DNA from: an uncultured Bacteroidaceae bacterium
Lineage (GTDB): Bacteria; Bacteroidota; Bacteroidia; Bacteroidales; GCA-2748055
Reading direction: 5' to 3'
DNA length: 64,000 nt
Assembly (NCBI GenBank): GCA_964538375.1
Contig: CAZIFQ010000002.1
Span: 3,434 to 67,433 of the forward strand
Shown here: one piece after another, positions 27,726-38,100 of the stretch
Numbering within the stretch: the first letter of the stretch is position 1
Layout: each line of letters starts with the position of its first letter
Notes under the pieces: generated by a model
Told to the model about the DNA's origin: nothing
Databases searched by the model: none
The model's input: only the letters and a program-made list of their open reading frames with translations
Made by a program: the position numbers and the translations under genes

Positions 27726-29750
27726 TTGGATAAAAGAACAACCATATTTAAGCAATTGATTCTGAATGTAGTTATTCCGGCTATCCTGGCGATGATGGCA
27801 TTGGGTATTATTAATGTTCAACAAACCTGGAGCATATTGTCTGAGTCCAGTGAGAATAAAAGCACAATTATCAGCGAAGAGATCCGTCAGATTCATGAAT
27901 TGCAGGATATGGCCATGCGGATACTTGAACAACAGATAGATCCTATTCTTGAATTCAATAGTAAGAGACTTGTAAATGAGGTGTTTAGAACATCAAAAGA
28001 AATTGAATCTGCAAATTTAGATGATATCCGATTAGAATTAGGCATGAATCCTGCTCATGAGGATATATACATAATCAACCGTGAAGGGGTAGTAGTGAAC
28101 TCCACTTTTGAAAAGGACCTGGGATTGAATTTATTTGCATTTGGAGAGGAACACAGGGAAATGCTTGAAGCAGTCTGGCATAATGATAAATTCATAAGCG
28201 AAAAGTTCACCATTGAAAATTCAACCAGGCGCTTAAAGAAATTTACCTATATCCCTACCCTGGATGGAGAATACCTTATTGAGCTGGGTATTTATTCAGC
28301 TAAAGCCGATAGTATCATCGATTTTGTTAAGGAACGTATGAATACAATGTCTTCAGGACAAAAGAATATTATATCGGTTCACCTTTTTATTAGTAAGGAA
28401 AATCCTATTCCATTAAATGGAGAAGGACAAATTGAAGATGAATACCTTGATGTATATCAGAATGTGATGGAGACACATGAGAGGCAAACAATTGATGACA
28501 GAAGTTCAAAACCTCCTGTAAGAAGGGATTACATCTTTATGGACAGGCAGAACACCAGTTTGTATAAGGAGTCAGTAATAAGGATCATCTCTGATACAAG
28601 TGAAGAGATTTCTGTTGTTAGAAGAGAGCTGTTCAAATTTCTTCTCATTTTTCTTGTTACAGTAGTAATTGTCATCATTCTTCTTTACAGGAAAACAAAA
28701 GTTATTACAGATCCGATAAAGAATCTTGTATCGAATGTAAACAGAATTACAGCAGGTCATTTGCATGAGCGTGCTGATGTGATTGGTAATAATGAAATCA
28801 CTTCACTCTCTGAGCAATTCAATGAAATGATTGCCCAGCTGGAGAGTTACTATAATGAATTGGAAGAGAAGGTTCGGGTACGTACAGCTGAAGTTGTTGC
28901 TCAGAAAGAAGAGATTGAAGCACAGAGAGATACTTTGCAGGAACAACGGAATATGCTGGAAAAAGTGAACGAATCCCTGCAGAAAGCATATACTGAGATT
29001 GAGGATAGCATTCACTACGCAAGCAGGATTCAAAATGCAATACTTCCGCCGGATGATTATCTGAAAAGGGTAATTCCAAACGCAGTGTTCTTCTATAAGC
29101 CAAGGGATATTGTGAGTGGTGACTTCTATTGGGTAGCAGCGAAAGACGATAAGGTGATTATTGCAGCAGTTGACTGTACCGGTCATGGTGTTCCTGGTGC
29201 TTTCATGTCAATTGTAGGTAATAATACCCTGAACTATGCATTGAATGTCAAGAATGCTACCCAGCCATCAAAAATTCTTGCCTACCTCGACCAGGGAGTC
29301 TCTGATACGCTTCGTCAAACCCAGAGTGAGTCATCAGTCCATGATGGAATGGACCTGGCTATGGTTACCATTGACAAGAAGACCGGAATATTACAATATT
29401 CTGGTGCGTTTAACCCGCTAATATTGATTCGTGACGGGGAAGTAGAGAAGATTAAGGCAGATCGAACTGCTATTGGAGGTCATATTGTAAAAGAGAAAAA
29501 GAGTTTCACAAATCATGAATTTGAGTATAAAAAAGGAGATGTAATTTACATGTATTCTGATGGGTATGCAGACCAGTTTGGGGGAGAAAAGGGTAAAAAG
29601 TATATGTCAGGGAAATTTGTAAAATTCCTGCAAAGTATTCATCATCTGTCACTTGAGGAGCAATATGAAAAGCTTGATCATGAATTGATTAACTGGAGAG
29701 GAGAGGAACCGCAAATAGATGATATACTTGTCATTGGTGTGAAATTTTAG
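27726..29750 (+). CDS. Membrane sensor PP2C/SpoIIE-family Ser/Thr phosphatase (TM, ~270-aa extracytoplasmic domain, TM, HAMP, coiled coil, PP2C)
   Basis: 674 aa with two TM helices (res ~10-30 and ~300-320) and a HAMP-like linker (DPIKNLVSNVNRITAGHL...LSEQFNEMI). PP2C motifs are VSGDFYWV, DCTGHGVPGA, YSDGYADQ and IDDILVIGVKF. The listed start is TTG, and no in-frame ATG precedes the first TM. Confidence 0.8.
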   Translation: MDKRTTIFKQLILNVVIPAILAMMALGIINVQQTWSILSESSENKSTIISEEIRQIHELQDMAMRILEQQIDPILEFNSKRLVNEVFRTSKEIESANLDDIRLELGMNPAHEDIYIINREGVVVNSTFEKDLGLNLFAFGEEHREMLEAVWHNDKFISEKFTIENSTRRLKKFTYIPTLDGEYLIELGIYSAKADSIIDFVKERMNTMSSGQKNIISVHLFISKENPIPLNGEGQIEDEYLDVYQNVMETHERQTIDDRSSKPPVRRDYIFMDRQNTSLYKESVIRIISDTSEEISVVRRELFKFLLIFLVTVVIVIILLYRKTKVITDPIKNLVSNVNRITAGHLHERADVIGNNEITSLSEQFNEMIAQLESYYNELEEKVRVRTAEVVAQKEEIEAQRDTLQEQRNMLEKVNESLQKAYTEIEDSIHYASRIQNAILPPDDYLKRVIPNAVFFYKPRDIVSGDFYWVAAKDDKVIIAAVDCTGHGVPGAFMSIVGNNTLNYALNVKNATQPSKILAYLDQGVSDTLRQTQSESSVHDGMDLAMVTIDKKTGILQYSGAFNPLILIRDGEVEKIKADRTAIGGHIVKEKKSFTNHEFEYKKGDVIYMYSDGYADQFGGEKGKKYMSGKFVKFLQSIHHLSLEEQYEKLDHELINWRGEEPQIDDILVIGVKF

Positions 29751-29770
29751 AATAGTTTAATCTATATAAT

Positions 29771-32700
29771 ATGAGTGATATGCCGTCATCTGTCGGAAAA
29801 ACAGGGACCAATTTTAATCCTTTTCCGGGTTTGCGCCCTTTTACACAGGATGAATCTCACTTGTTTTTTGGGAGGGAAGGGCAGAGTAAATCTGTTCTTA
29901 ACTCTTTAGAAAACAATAGGTTTGTTGCGGTAATTGGTGCTTCCGGAAGTGGAAAATCTTCGTTAATTTATTGCGGAGTTGTCCCTGAGCTAGAAAAGCA
30001 GTCTTCAAAAAAATGGATTACGGTAACAACAAGGCCGGGATCGACACCGTTGAAAAACCTTGTCGAATCTTTTTCTGCAGCTTTTCCTGGAAAGTTTGAA
30101 GCAAAGGATGAAGAAGCCCTCCTGGATGGAAATCTAAAACTGCAAGATTGGCTAAAAGGGAAGAAGCTTGGAGACCAATCTTTGTTGCTTATAGTAGACC
30201 AGTTTGAAGAGATCTTCAGATTTACAGGAGCAGGTGCTGCTGAAGACCTGGTAACCCAGATTAACCGATTCGTTGATTTGATCTATAGCGGATCAATATC
30301 TGAATCTATGCCTATATTCATCGTTCTGACTATGCGCTCAGACTTTATTGGAGAATGTGCCATATTTCAAAACCTGACAGAATTAATAAATAAGAGCAAC
30401 TACCTGATACCTCAAATGACAAGGGATGACTTCAGGAATGCCATTGAGGGGCCAATTGGTATTGGTGGTGCCAGCATTGATTCCGAGCTTCTTGAGCAAT
30501 TGCTGGATGAGGTTGGTAATAATACTGATCAATTGCCCGTACTTCAGCACTCTCTTATGCGTACATGGGAATACTGGAAACTACAAAACGACTCCAATAA
30601 ACCAATCTCTATCGGTGACTATGAGGCCATCGGAAGGATGGAAAAAGCCCTTTCAGATCATGCCAATGAGGCATATGATGAACTCAACGAAAACCAGCGG
30701 GTAATCTGCGAGAATATCTTCAAAACACTTACAGAAAAGGGAGGAGACAACAGGGGAGTACGACGCCCTAACCTTGTTAAAAAAGTGGCGGAGATTTCTA
30801 AATGTACTGTTGAGGAGATCGTGGAAATCGCTGAACTGTTCAGGACAAAAGGTAGAACATTTCTTACCCCATACAAGCCGGTTGAAATTACTGAGGATAC
30901 CACCATTGACATTTCTCATGAATCGCTTATGCGAATTTGGGACCGCTTGCGTCTATGGGTTGATGAAGAGGCATCTTCGGTGCATATGTACAGCAGGTTG
31001 TCTGAGGCATCAGAGCTATACCAGGAGGGAAAAACAGGATTGTGGAGACCACCGGATCTTCAATTGGCTTTAAACTGGCGTAATAAACAAAAGCCCAGTG
31101 CTACCTGGGGTGTCCAATATAATCCTGCCTTTGAGAGGTCAATGGTTTATCTAGACACAAGTGATAAGGAATTTAAGAAAGAAGAAGAAAATAAAATACG
31201 TTTGCAGCGAAGGCGGCTGAAGATAACCAGGTCGTTTGCCCTTGTACTGGGTGGAATTGCGGTTTTGGCTATGGGATTGTTCCTTTGGACGAGGGACCTG
31301 CAGAGCCAGGCGGAAAAATCAGCTGCTGATGCCCTTGCATCGGAGGCTATTGCCACTACAAAGAGTGAGGAAGCTGAAAGACAGAGAATCCTGGCTGATT
31401 CAGCAGCTGCTAATGCAATACAGCAACAGATGTTCGCAGAAGTCGCAAGAAATGAAGCAGATACTGCCAAGGAAGAAGCCCTTGTTGCCCTGGAAGAGGC
31501 AAATTACCAGCGAGCCCAGGCCCTGAGAAATCAGCAGGAGGCAAGAAGACAGGAGAGAATAGCTGTGGCGAATGAAAAAACTGCCAATGAGGAGAGAATA
31601 GCGGCTGAAGAAGCACGTGAGGATGCAAACAAAAGGAGAATGCTCTCTATCGCCAAATCAATGGCGGTGAAGTCATTGACCATTGCTGACGATCCTGATT
31701 TGCAGGCACTCCTTGCTTACCAGGCATATAATTACAATGTTGAGTTTGGCGGGCCTATGCATGAAGCAGATATTTATGCCGGATTGTATAGCGCCAGGAA
31801 GACTTTGCTTGGTGATCAATACAATGTGTATGGAGGGCATACCCAGTCCATTTATGGATTGGTGTTCCATCCATCGAAAAATGAATTTTACACAGCAGGA
31901 ACAGACGGTCAGTTACTTAAATGGTCACTGGCTGATACCTCGAAATCTTTTGAAGTGCTTTCTCAAACTCCGGTCTTGCTAAAAGCACTCTCAATAAGTG
32001 CAGATGGTGAGAAATTGGCAGTGGGTACTGACCGGAACGGTATTATGATTTATGAAACTGAGAATCCTTCGAAGTTGCCGTTAAAACTTAACGGGCATGA
32101 TGGGATCATTCGTGACCTGGAGTTCGCTGCCAGCGGTGAGTTGTTTTCAATCGGGATAGATAAGCAAATATTGAAATGGAATATTTCAAGGAATTCTTCG
32201 GAAGTCTTTTCCAGCTCCGAATTCAGGTACAATGATATTTCTGTTTCCCCTGATAGTCAGATTATTTGTGCATGTGACAGATCTGGTAACATCTACGTGA
32301 TCTCTAAGTTTGACCCTGCAGAACCTGTCATTATTCCCGGAACAGAAGCGAATGTCACTTTTTCACTTGATTTCAGCAACGACGGCAAGTTCCTGGCAGC
32401 AGGAGATGGCAACAATAATGTTAGAATTTTTGACACAGAAGATTGGAAGGAAATCAATAGTTTAAGAGGGAACAAAGCCAGGGTCGTAGATGTGAAATTT
32501 AGTCCGCGCAGTAACTACCTCGCTTCTACAGGAAATAATGGACAGGTATTGATGTGGGAAATGGCAGATCTTAACAGTTCTCCATTTGTGATGGAAGATA
32601 ATGAGGGACGCGCACTTGCAGTTGACTTTAGCCCTGATGAAAAAATAATGGTGAGTGGAAGTAGCGAGGGAAGCAGGTTAATTGCCAGACCCGTTCGTGC

Positions 32701-32827
32701 CGACCTGCTGATAGAAGGGTTTTGTTCTATGATAAACAGGAATTTTACAAAGGAAGAGTGGGATGTGTATGTTGGTGTTGATATTCCCTATTCAGAAACA
32801 TGTCCGCTTTTAGTAACAGAAAACTAA
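29771..32827 (+). CDS. STAND-type P-loop NTPase (nSTAND/NACHT-like), single TM helix, Ala/Glu-rich coiled coil, WD40 beta-propeller
   Basis: 1018 aa. N-terminal NPFPGLRPFTQDESHLFFGRE, Walker A GASGSGKSS and Walker B LLLIVDQFEE. The helical/winged-helix region includes HESLMRIWDRLRLWVDEE. A hydrophobic helix FALVLGGIAVLAMGLFLW is encoded at nt ~31234-31290. Multiple WD-type repeats follow (HTQSIYGLVFHP...LLKW, HDGIIRDLEF...ILKW, ...VRIFD, ...VLMWE). Confidence 0.8.
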   Translation: MSDMPSSVGKTGTNFNPFPGLRPFTQDESHLFFGREGQSKSVLNSLENNRFVAVIGASGSGKSSLIYCGVVPELEKQSSKKWITVTTRPGSTPLKNLVESFSAAFPGKFEAKDEEALLDGNLKLQDWLKGKKLGDQSLLLIVDQFEEIFRFTGAGAAEDLVTQINRFVDLIYSGSISESMPIFIVLTMRSDFIGECAIFQNLTELINKSNYLIPQMTRDDFRNAIEGPIGIGGASIDSELLEQLLDEVGNNTDQLPVLQHSLMRTWEYWKLQNDSNKPISIGDYEAIGRMEKALSDHANEAYDELNENQRVICENIFKTLTEKGGDNRGVRRPNLVKKVAEISKCTVEEIVEIAELFRTKGRTFLTPYKPVEITEDTTIDISHESLMRIWDRLRLWVDEEASSVHMYSRLSEASELYQEGKTGLWRPPDLQLALNWRNKQKPSATWGVQYNPAFERSMVYLDTSDKEFKKEEENKIRLQRRRLKITRSFALVLGGIAVLAMGLFLWTRDLQSQAEKSAADALASEAIATTKSEEAERQRILADSAAANAIQQQMFAEVARNEADTAKEEALVALEEANYQRAQALRNQQEARRQERIAVANEKTANEERIAAEEAREDANKRRMLSIAKSMAVKSLTIADDPDLQALLAYQAYNYNVEFGGPMHEADIYAGLYSARKTLLGDQYNVYGGHTQSIYGLVFHPSKNEFYTAGTDGQLLKWSLADTSKSFEVLSQTPVLLKALSISADGEKLAVGTDRNGIMIYETENPSKLPLKLNGHDGIIRDLEFAASGELFSIGIDKQILKWNISRNSSEVFSSSEFRYNDISVSPDSQIICACDRSGNIYVISKFDPAEPVIIPGTEANVTFSLDFSNDGKFLAAGDGNNNVRIFDTEDWKEINSLRGNKARVVDVKFSPRSNYLASTGNNGQVLMWEMADLNSSPFVMEDNEGRALAVDFSPDEKIMVSGSSEGSRLIARPVRADLLIEGFCSMINRNFTKEEWDVYVGVDIPYSETCPLLVTEN

Positions 32828-32833
32828 GCTCCA

Positions 32834-33901
32834 ATGAGAAAATTTATACTTATTCTTACAATTGCTGCTTTCTCAGTCAATATGATGGCTCAACAGGAGT
32901 GCGCTTTCGTATTGCAGGAAGCTCAGGAGATGTTTGATGCCGGATTGATCGAAACCATTCCTGATAAATTGGCGGGATGTCTGAAAACCGGTTTTACAAA
33001 TGAGGAACTCCTACAGGCCCACAAGTTAATTGTTCTCTCATACCTGTTTGATGATAATGTAGAGATGGCAGATGAATCCATGCTGAAATTCCTGACCGAC
33101 TTTCCGTCATATGAACCAGTAGCTACTGACCCAAGAGAGTTTGTTGCGCTGATGGAAACCTATAATACTGATCCTGTTTTGATGCTTGGAGTTGGTGTAG
33201 GTGCTAATTTCTCATTCCCGATTATGAGAGAAGAGATGGGAGTACATAACAATTTGCTTCATGGCGGAAATCTTGCTCCCGGTGGTGCGGGATTTCATGG
33301 GAGTTTTATGGTTGAGAGGGAATTAATTCAAAATCTTAACCTGTTGGGTGAGCTGGGTGTTGCTAATATTTTATATGATACCTACCTGGATGATGAAAGT
33401 GAAATAATAGAACCATCCGCAGAGATAACCGATTTTTCAATTATCGAATACTACGAAACTCAAACCCAGATAAGGTTACCAATAAGCGTGTCATATAATT
33501 TTACTGAAACGGATTTTAAACCTTATGTGAGGGTAGGAATTGTTCCAGCTATCTTGCTTGTTGCCAAGGCGGAAGCAAACAGATCATACATCAACACAGG
33601 TAACACTTATCTTGACCCACTGGAAGTTGCCAATGTAGATATTATGAACGGCAGAAGATTTATTAACCTTTGGGCTTTTGCTGGTGCTGGCTTTAATTAT
33701 AAGCTCGGACCGGGAAATTTTTTCCTCGACCTGAGGTATTATATGAATTTGCTCAACCAGGTAAAGCCGGGTAGCGATCCATTTATGTTTCCGGACCTTA
33801 CATTTAAAATTTATTATGCAAACGATGAGTTCTTCCTGAATAATTTAACTGTTACGGCCGGTTATATGTTTCCTCTTTACAGACCTAAAAAGAAAGACTA
33901 A
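32834..33901 (+). CDS. Putative outer-membrane beta-barrel protein with N-terminal helical (TPR-like) segment
   Basis: 355 aa with signal peptide MRKFILILTIAAFSVNMMAQ. About 90 aa of helical region are followed by a Gly/aromatic beta-strand pattern. The gap from the upstream gene is 6 nt. Confidence 0.5.
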   Translation: MRKFILILTIAAFSVNMMAQQECAFVLQEAQEMFDAGLIETIPDKLAGCLKTGFTNEELLQAHKLIVLSYLFDDNVEMADESMLKFLTDFPSYEPVATDPREFVALMETYNTDPVLMLGVGVGANFSFPIMREEMGVHNNLLHGGNLAPGGAGFHGSFMVERELIQNLNLLGELGVANILYDTYLDDESEIIEPSAEITDFSIIEYYETQTQIRLPISVSYNFTETDFKPYVRVGIVPAILLVAKAEANRSYINTGNTYLDPLEVANVDIMNGRRFINLWAFAGAGFNYKLGPGNFFLDLRYYMNLLNQVKPGSDPFMFPDLTFKIYYANDEFFLNNLTVTAGYMFPLYRPKKKD

Positions 33902-33905
33902 TAAG

Positions 33906-35099
33906 ATGAAAAAGACATTTCAGTATATGGGCGTTTTTCTGCTTGCAATCTTTCTGAATTCTTGCTCAGAAGGATTGTCAGACTACCAGAAAAAATCATT
34001 TATAAAATTTTATGGCAGTTACCAGACAGATATTGGGAAAGATGTAGTGCCATTGTCCGGAGGGGGGTATGCCTTGACTGGATGTATGATCCCGGATTCA
34101 ATTCCTCAAATGTTTCTGATTATCACAGATGAATTCGGCAATCAGACCGAGAATTCACCAAATTATTACGGAGGTGAGTTGGCATCATCTGGGAATAGTA
34201 TTCTTGAGATTGACGATGGAGGATTCCTTATAGCAGGAGAAATTTCTGACACATTAGGCATGGGTATTGATGTCTTCATTGTTAAAACAGACGCTTCCGG
34301 TGAAGTAATATGGTCTGAAACATACGGAGGAGCAAACAAGCAAACTGCGGCACATATTATTAAACGCAACAGTGGGGGATATGTCATTGCAGGAAAGTCG
34401 GAAGTAAATAATGGTGTTAAGCTGCAGGAGGACCTTTGGATTATCATGATTGATAGTGACGGAAACAAGATATCCGAATTTACCGGTAACAACCAGGAAG
34501 AGGATGATGAGGCGTGTTTTATTCATAATACAGGAACAAGCTATCTAGTGGCTTGTACCTATAATGATGGTGCTTTTGAGGGGAAAGATAATATGGTTCT
34601 GAACCTTGATGAGAATTGTAACCTGTTTGATGCAATAGCCATGGGGACTGACTTCGATGACTTTGCAAAAAGTATTGTAGTCTATAATGGGGCCTATCTT
34701 CTGATGGGAAATTCAGATAATACAGTCAGAGGATATGATGAAATTGGCCTCTATACATTTTCTCTCGAAGGAAATTTGATCAAAAATGCAACGAAGATTG
34801 CAACCATTTTTGAATCAAAAATAGACTTTACAGGAGAGGCTTGTGTTATTAGCTCTAATGGAAACATTGCTGTGGTTGGTGACAGGTATGAAGTTAACAA
34901 TGACATCAGAAGTATGCTACTGCAATTTGTTGACGGTTCAACCATTGGTGAGCAAGTTCTTTTTGGCCAGGAAGGGGTCCAGTCAGGATATGGCATAAAG
35001 AAAACGCTCGATGGTGGATTAGTCCTCGTTGGATCGAATGGTCTGGGAGGAAATAGTGTAGTATCTCTTGTTAAAACAGACGCAAAGGGAGCATTTTAG
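33906..35099 (+). CDS. Lipoprotein with ~7 propeller-like repeats
   Basis: 397 aa with lipobox FLNSC. A recurring motif is seen: SGGGYALTG, DDGGFLIAG, NSGGYVIAG, YNGAYLLMG, GNIAVVG, LDGGLVLVG. The gap from the upstream gene is 4 nt. Confidence 0.5.
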   Translation: MKKTFQYMGVFLLAIFLNSCSEGLSDYQKKSFIKFYGSYQTDIGKDVVPLSGGGYALTGCMIPDSIPQMFLIITDEFGNQTENSPNYYGGELASSGNSILEIDDGGFLIAGEISDTLGMGIDVFIVKTDASGEVIWSETYGGANKQTAAHIIKRNSGGYVIAGKSEVNNGVKLQEDLWIIMIDSDGNKISEFTGNNQEEDDEACFIHNTGTSYLVACTYNDGAFEGKDNMVLNLDENCNLFDAIAMGTDFDDFAKSIVVYNGAYLLMGNSDNTVRGYDEIGLYTFSLEGNLIKNATKIATIFESKIDFTGEACVISSNGNIAVVGDRYEVNNDIRSMLLQFVDGSTIGEQVLFGQEGVQSGYGIKKTLDGGLVLVGSNGLGGNSVVSLVKTDAKGAF

Positions 35100-35123
35100 T
35101 AAAAAATAAAAAAACATATACCC

Positions 35124-38100
35124 ATGAGAACCAGGTTAAAAAGTTTCCTGCTATTTGCTTTACTGGGAATTACTTCGGCGTCTTTTGGCCAAAGTGCCAC
35201 GTGGACAAAGGATTTTAACAACGAATCAGAAGTCAGGAATAGTACAGACTATGAAATTGTTGTTGTATTGACTGATGAAACATTTAGCGCCACAGTTGAA
35301 AGTGTCGATGGCGATGCTGCAGACCTGGTAGACGGAATGTCTGGCTTTAGTACAGCCTGGGATAACGTATTGGGCTCCATTAATGCCGCTGATATAACTC
35401 TATCTGCGGCAAATTCAGTTGCTACAATACGAATTGAGCAAGAGCTTGCTTATTATCTTATAGAAAATGATTCCATTGGATTTCTAATACCTGCTGGTTC
35501 TCTGACAGGGACTGGGGTGATCCAATTGCCTGATAGTCTAATTATCAATAACCAGGAAACAAGCGTTAGCTTTAGCGGGACTTTATCTGGTGGCGTGGAT
35601 GAATCAGACATCAGGAATGGTGACAATACTTTAATCTTAACACTTACAAACAACAAATGGGGGGCTGCTGATGCTGCTGCATTAAGTATTGTAAAGTCCA
35701 TGTTCTCAGTGTCAGGGGGCTCGGAATTTGCAGGACAAGTCAGTGCCCTGTCAGTTGGCGATCTGGGCTTGAACGGTAGTTCAGATGTTTTGACCATTAT
35801 ATTCGATGAAGATGACAACTTCTATATTCCAGCAACAGAAACTGTATCTGTTGAAGCACGACAGACCTTGCTACAATACAGCGAGAAATATGCTGACTCA
35901 TTAGCGACTTTTGATGTTAGTAATGAGGTTCCGGTGATAGCTATTTCAGACTCGACAATCACTGAATACACAATTAAACATGAAGCTGTATCTTTCCTGA
36001 TAACATTATCTGGAGATATTTGGGAAGAGCCACTTGACGCGAATTTTAAAGATCAAATTTCAAGTGGCGGAGCATGGGATGCAATTATCAGAAATGATTT
36101 AACTATTCTAAGAGTAAATGATACTTTGATTAAGGTTACCACTCCTATTAAGCTAACTTATGAAATTTCTTCGAATGAAACAGTTGAAATCAGTATTGAC
36201 CCGATTAATCTGGCAAATACTACTGGCGCCAATATTGATGCTACCGGTACGAAAACAATTGCTGCGTCGCCGGCAGGATTAACTCCTGGAGGTACTTTTG
36301 CAACTACGCTTAGTGAGGGTGATCTCAGGACTGCCCCTGGCTATGTCATTGAATTGAGCATTTCAGAGGATACATGGATTGCTACTATTTCTGATCCTGC
36401 GAACCGTGATGCGCTTATTAACAGCATCACCAGTTCCCCTGCAGATGCTGGGTTTACAGCTCTTATTAGTGCCATCATTGCAGAGGGTGATGTTGTTCGC
36501 TCGGGAGATGGAACAAAAGTTACCATTGCCGTACCGGTGATAAGCGATTTTGACATCACACAAAGTATTGATTTAAGCTTTACTGATGTGCTTGGAACGC
36601 TTTTTGAGACAACTTCAACAGACCTTTCAACTGGTGTTTTTACAACAATTGAGCGCATAAAACCTTATATCGTTATCACCACAGATCCGCCATCACCATT
36701 GTTAGAACCAGAAGTAAATGATGCAATACTAATCGTCAACCTGTATGAGGATACTTTTAACAGTACATTCAATGATGGGAACTTTACCTTTACACCTGAT
36801 CCGGGAGTCCCTACTGAACTTAAAGTGGATCCATCATCTGCCTATACACTTATTGGGGATGATTCACTGAGAATTGGTATCAGATTAGACGGGAATATTA
36901 CTGTGGGTTTTGATTTTGGATTAGAGATTGACGCAAATGAATTACCCGGAACTGATAATGTTGAAAATAAACCAGGTAATGTTATTGGAGTCTCCGCTCT
37001 AGTTTTACCCGTAATTAACTCAGTATCGATTCTTAATGATTCTATGAAAATTGGAGATTACGTAGAGATTACAATTATTATTGATAAGGCAGGTAGTGAT
37101 ATTGATTATACCAGTGGAACTGTTGCTGATCGTATTCTTACTGATTTTGAACAAGTATCAGCTTTTGAATATCATGCCTACTTCACAGTTCTTGAGGGTA
37201 CGACTGAATATTTTGCAGGTGATGATATCCCAGTCACAAATCTGATATTAAACAATATGGGTTATGACGGGGACTCATTTACTGATTTGATTGAGCAGGC
37301 AAATGACCCTATCGATACAGATTATCCGGTAGTCGATCTTATAAGTTTTAACAATGGGGAATATAAAATTGGTGAGCAGGTAACAGCTGTTATCCATGCA
37401 ACAGAGATTGGTCTGAAATTTGATAAAGATTTGACCAAGATCAATACCATACCGCTCAGTGCTGTTAATGTAACAAGCAATGAGTCAGGATCAGGGATCT
37501 ACCAGTTATATTACACTGTTGCTAGCACAAACCCAGATCTTTTCTCAGGAGATATTGCTGTAGATGTTGTAATGAAAGATTCTGTTGGCAATGAAAATTC
37601 TGTATACCAAACAATTTCCGGCACCAGTCCTAAAATCGATGCACACTACCCTGTTATTACTTCGGCTTCGGTAAGTACAACTGGAGTGAAAAAACCCGGC
37701 GATATTATCGAAATAGATATTTTATCTACCGAAATCATACATAAGCTGGGAGCTGGTTCTCACGTGAATAATGTGTCAGCTAGTGGCGGAGGCCCGGGAG
37801 ATGGAGTAATAAATATGGTAAGTAATTTGGATAATACTTATACATTGACTTATACCGTTGGATCGGAGGATGATGAGGTTGAAAACCCCGGCGAGATGGA
37901 AGTGCTTATCATTTTGGAAGATGAATTTGGCAATCAAACTCAAATCACTACCCTGGATCTGGTTGTAAATAATGTTGAGATAGTAACTTCAGGACCAATT
38001 GCACAGATCTTCGGTGGCGGAGATGTATGTCCGGGAGAGTCAGTTGAAGTATTTGTCACCTTATCTGGAGAGCCCCCATTTGCGCTCAAAATTAAGGAAA

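Noticed and set aside
29771-32827. STAND NTPase as an Avs/NLR-like antiphage defence gene
   Set aside because: It has no nuclease, protease, TIR, Sir2 or other effector domain at either end. No mobile-element or defence-island neighbours are present. It is embedded in an apparent operon with envelope proteins. Defence is not excluded, but it is not the best-supported reading.
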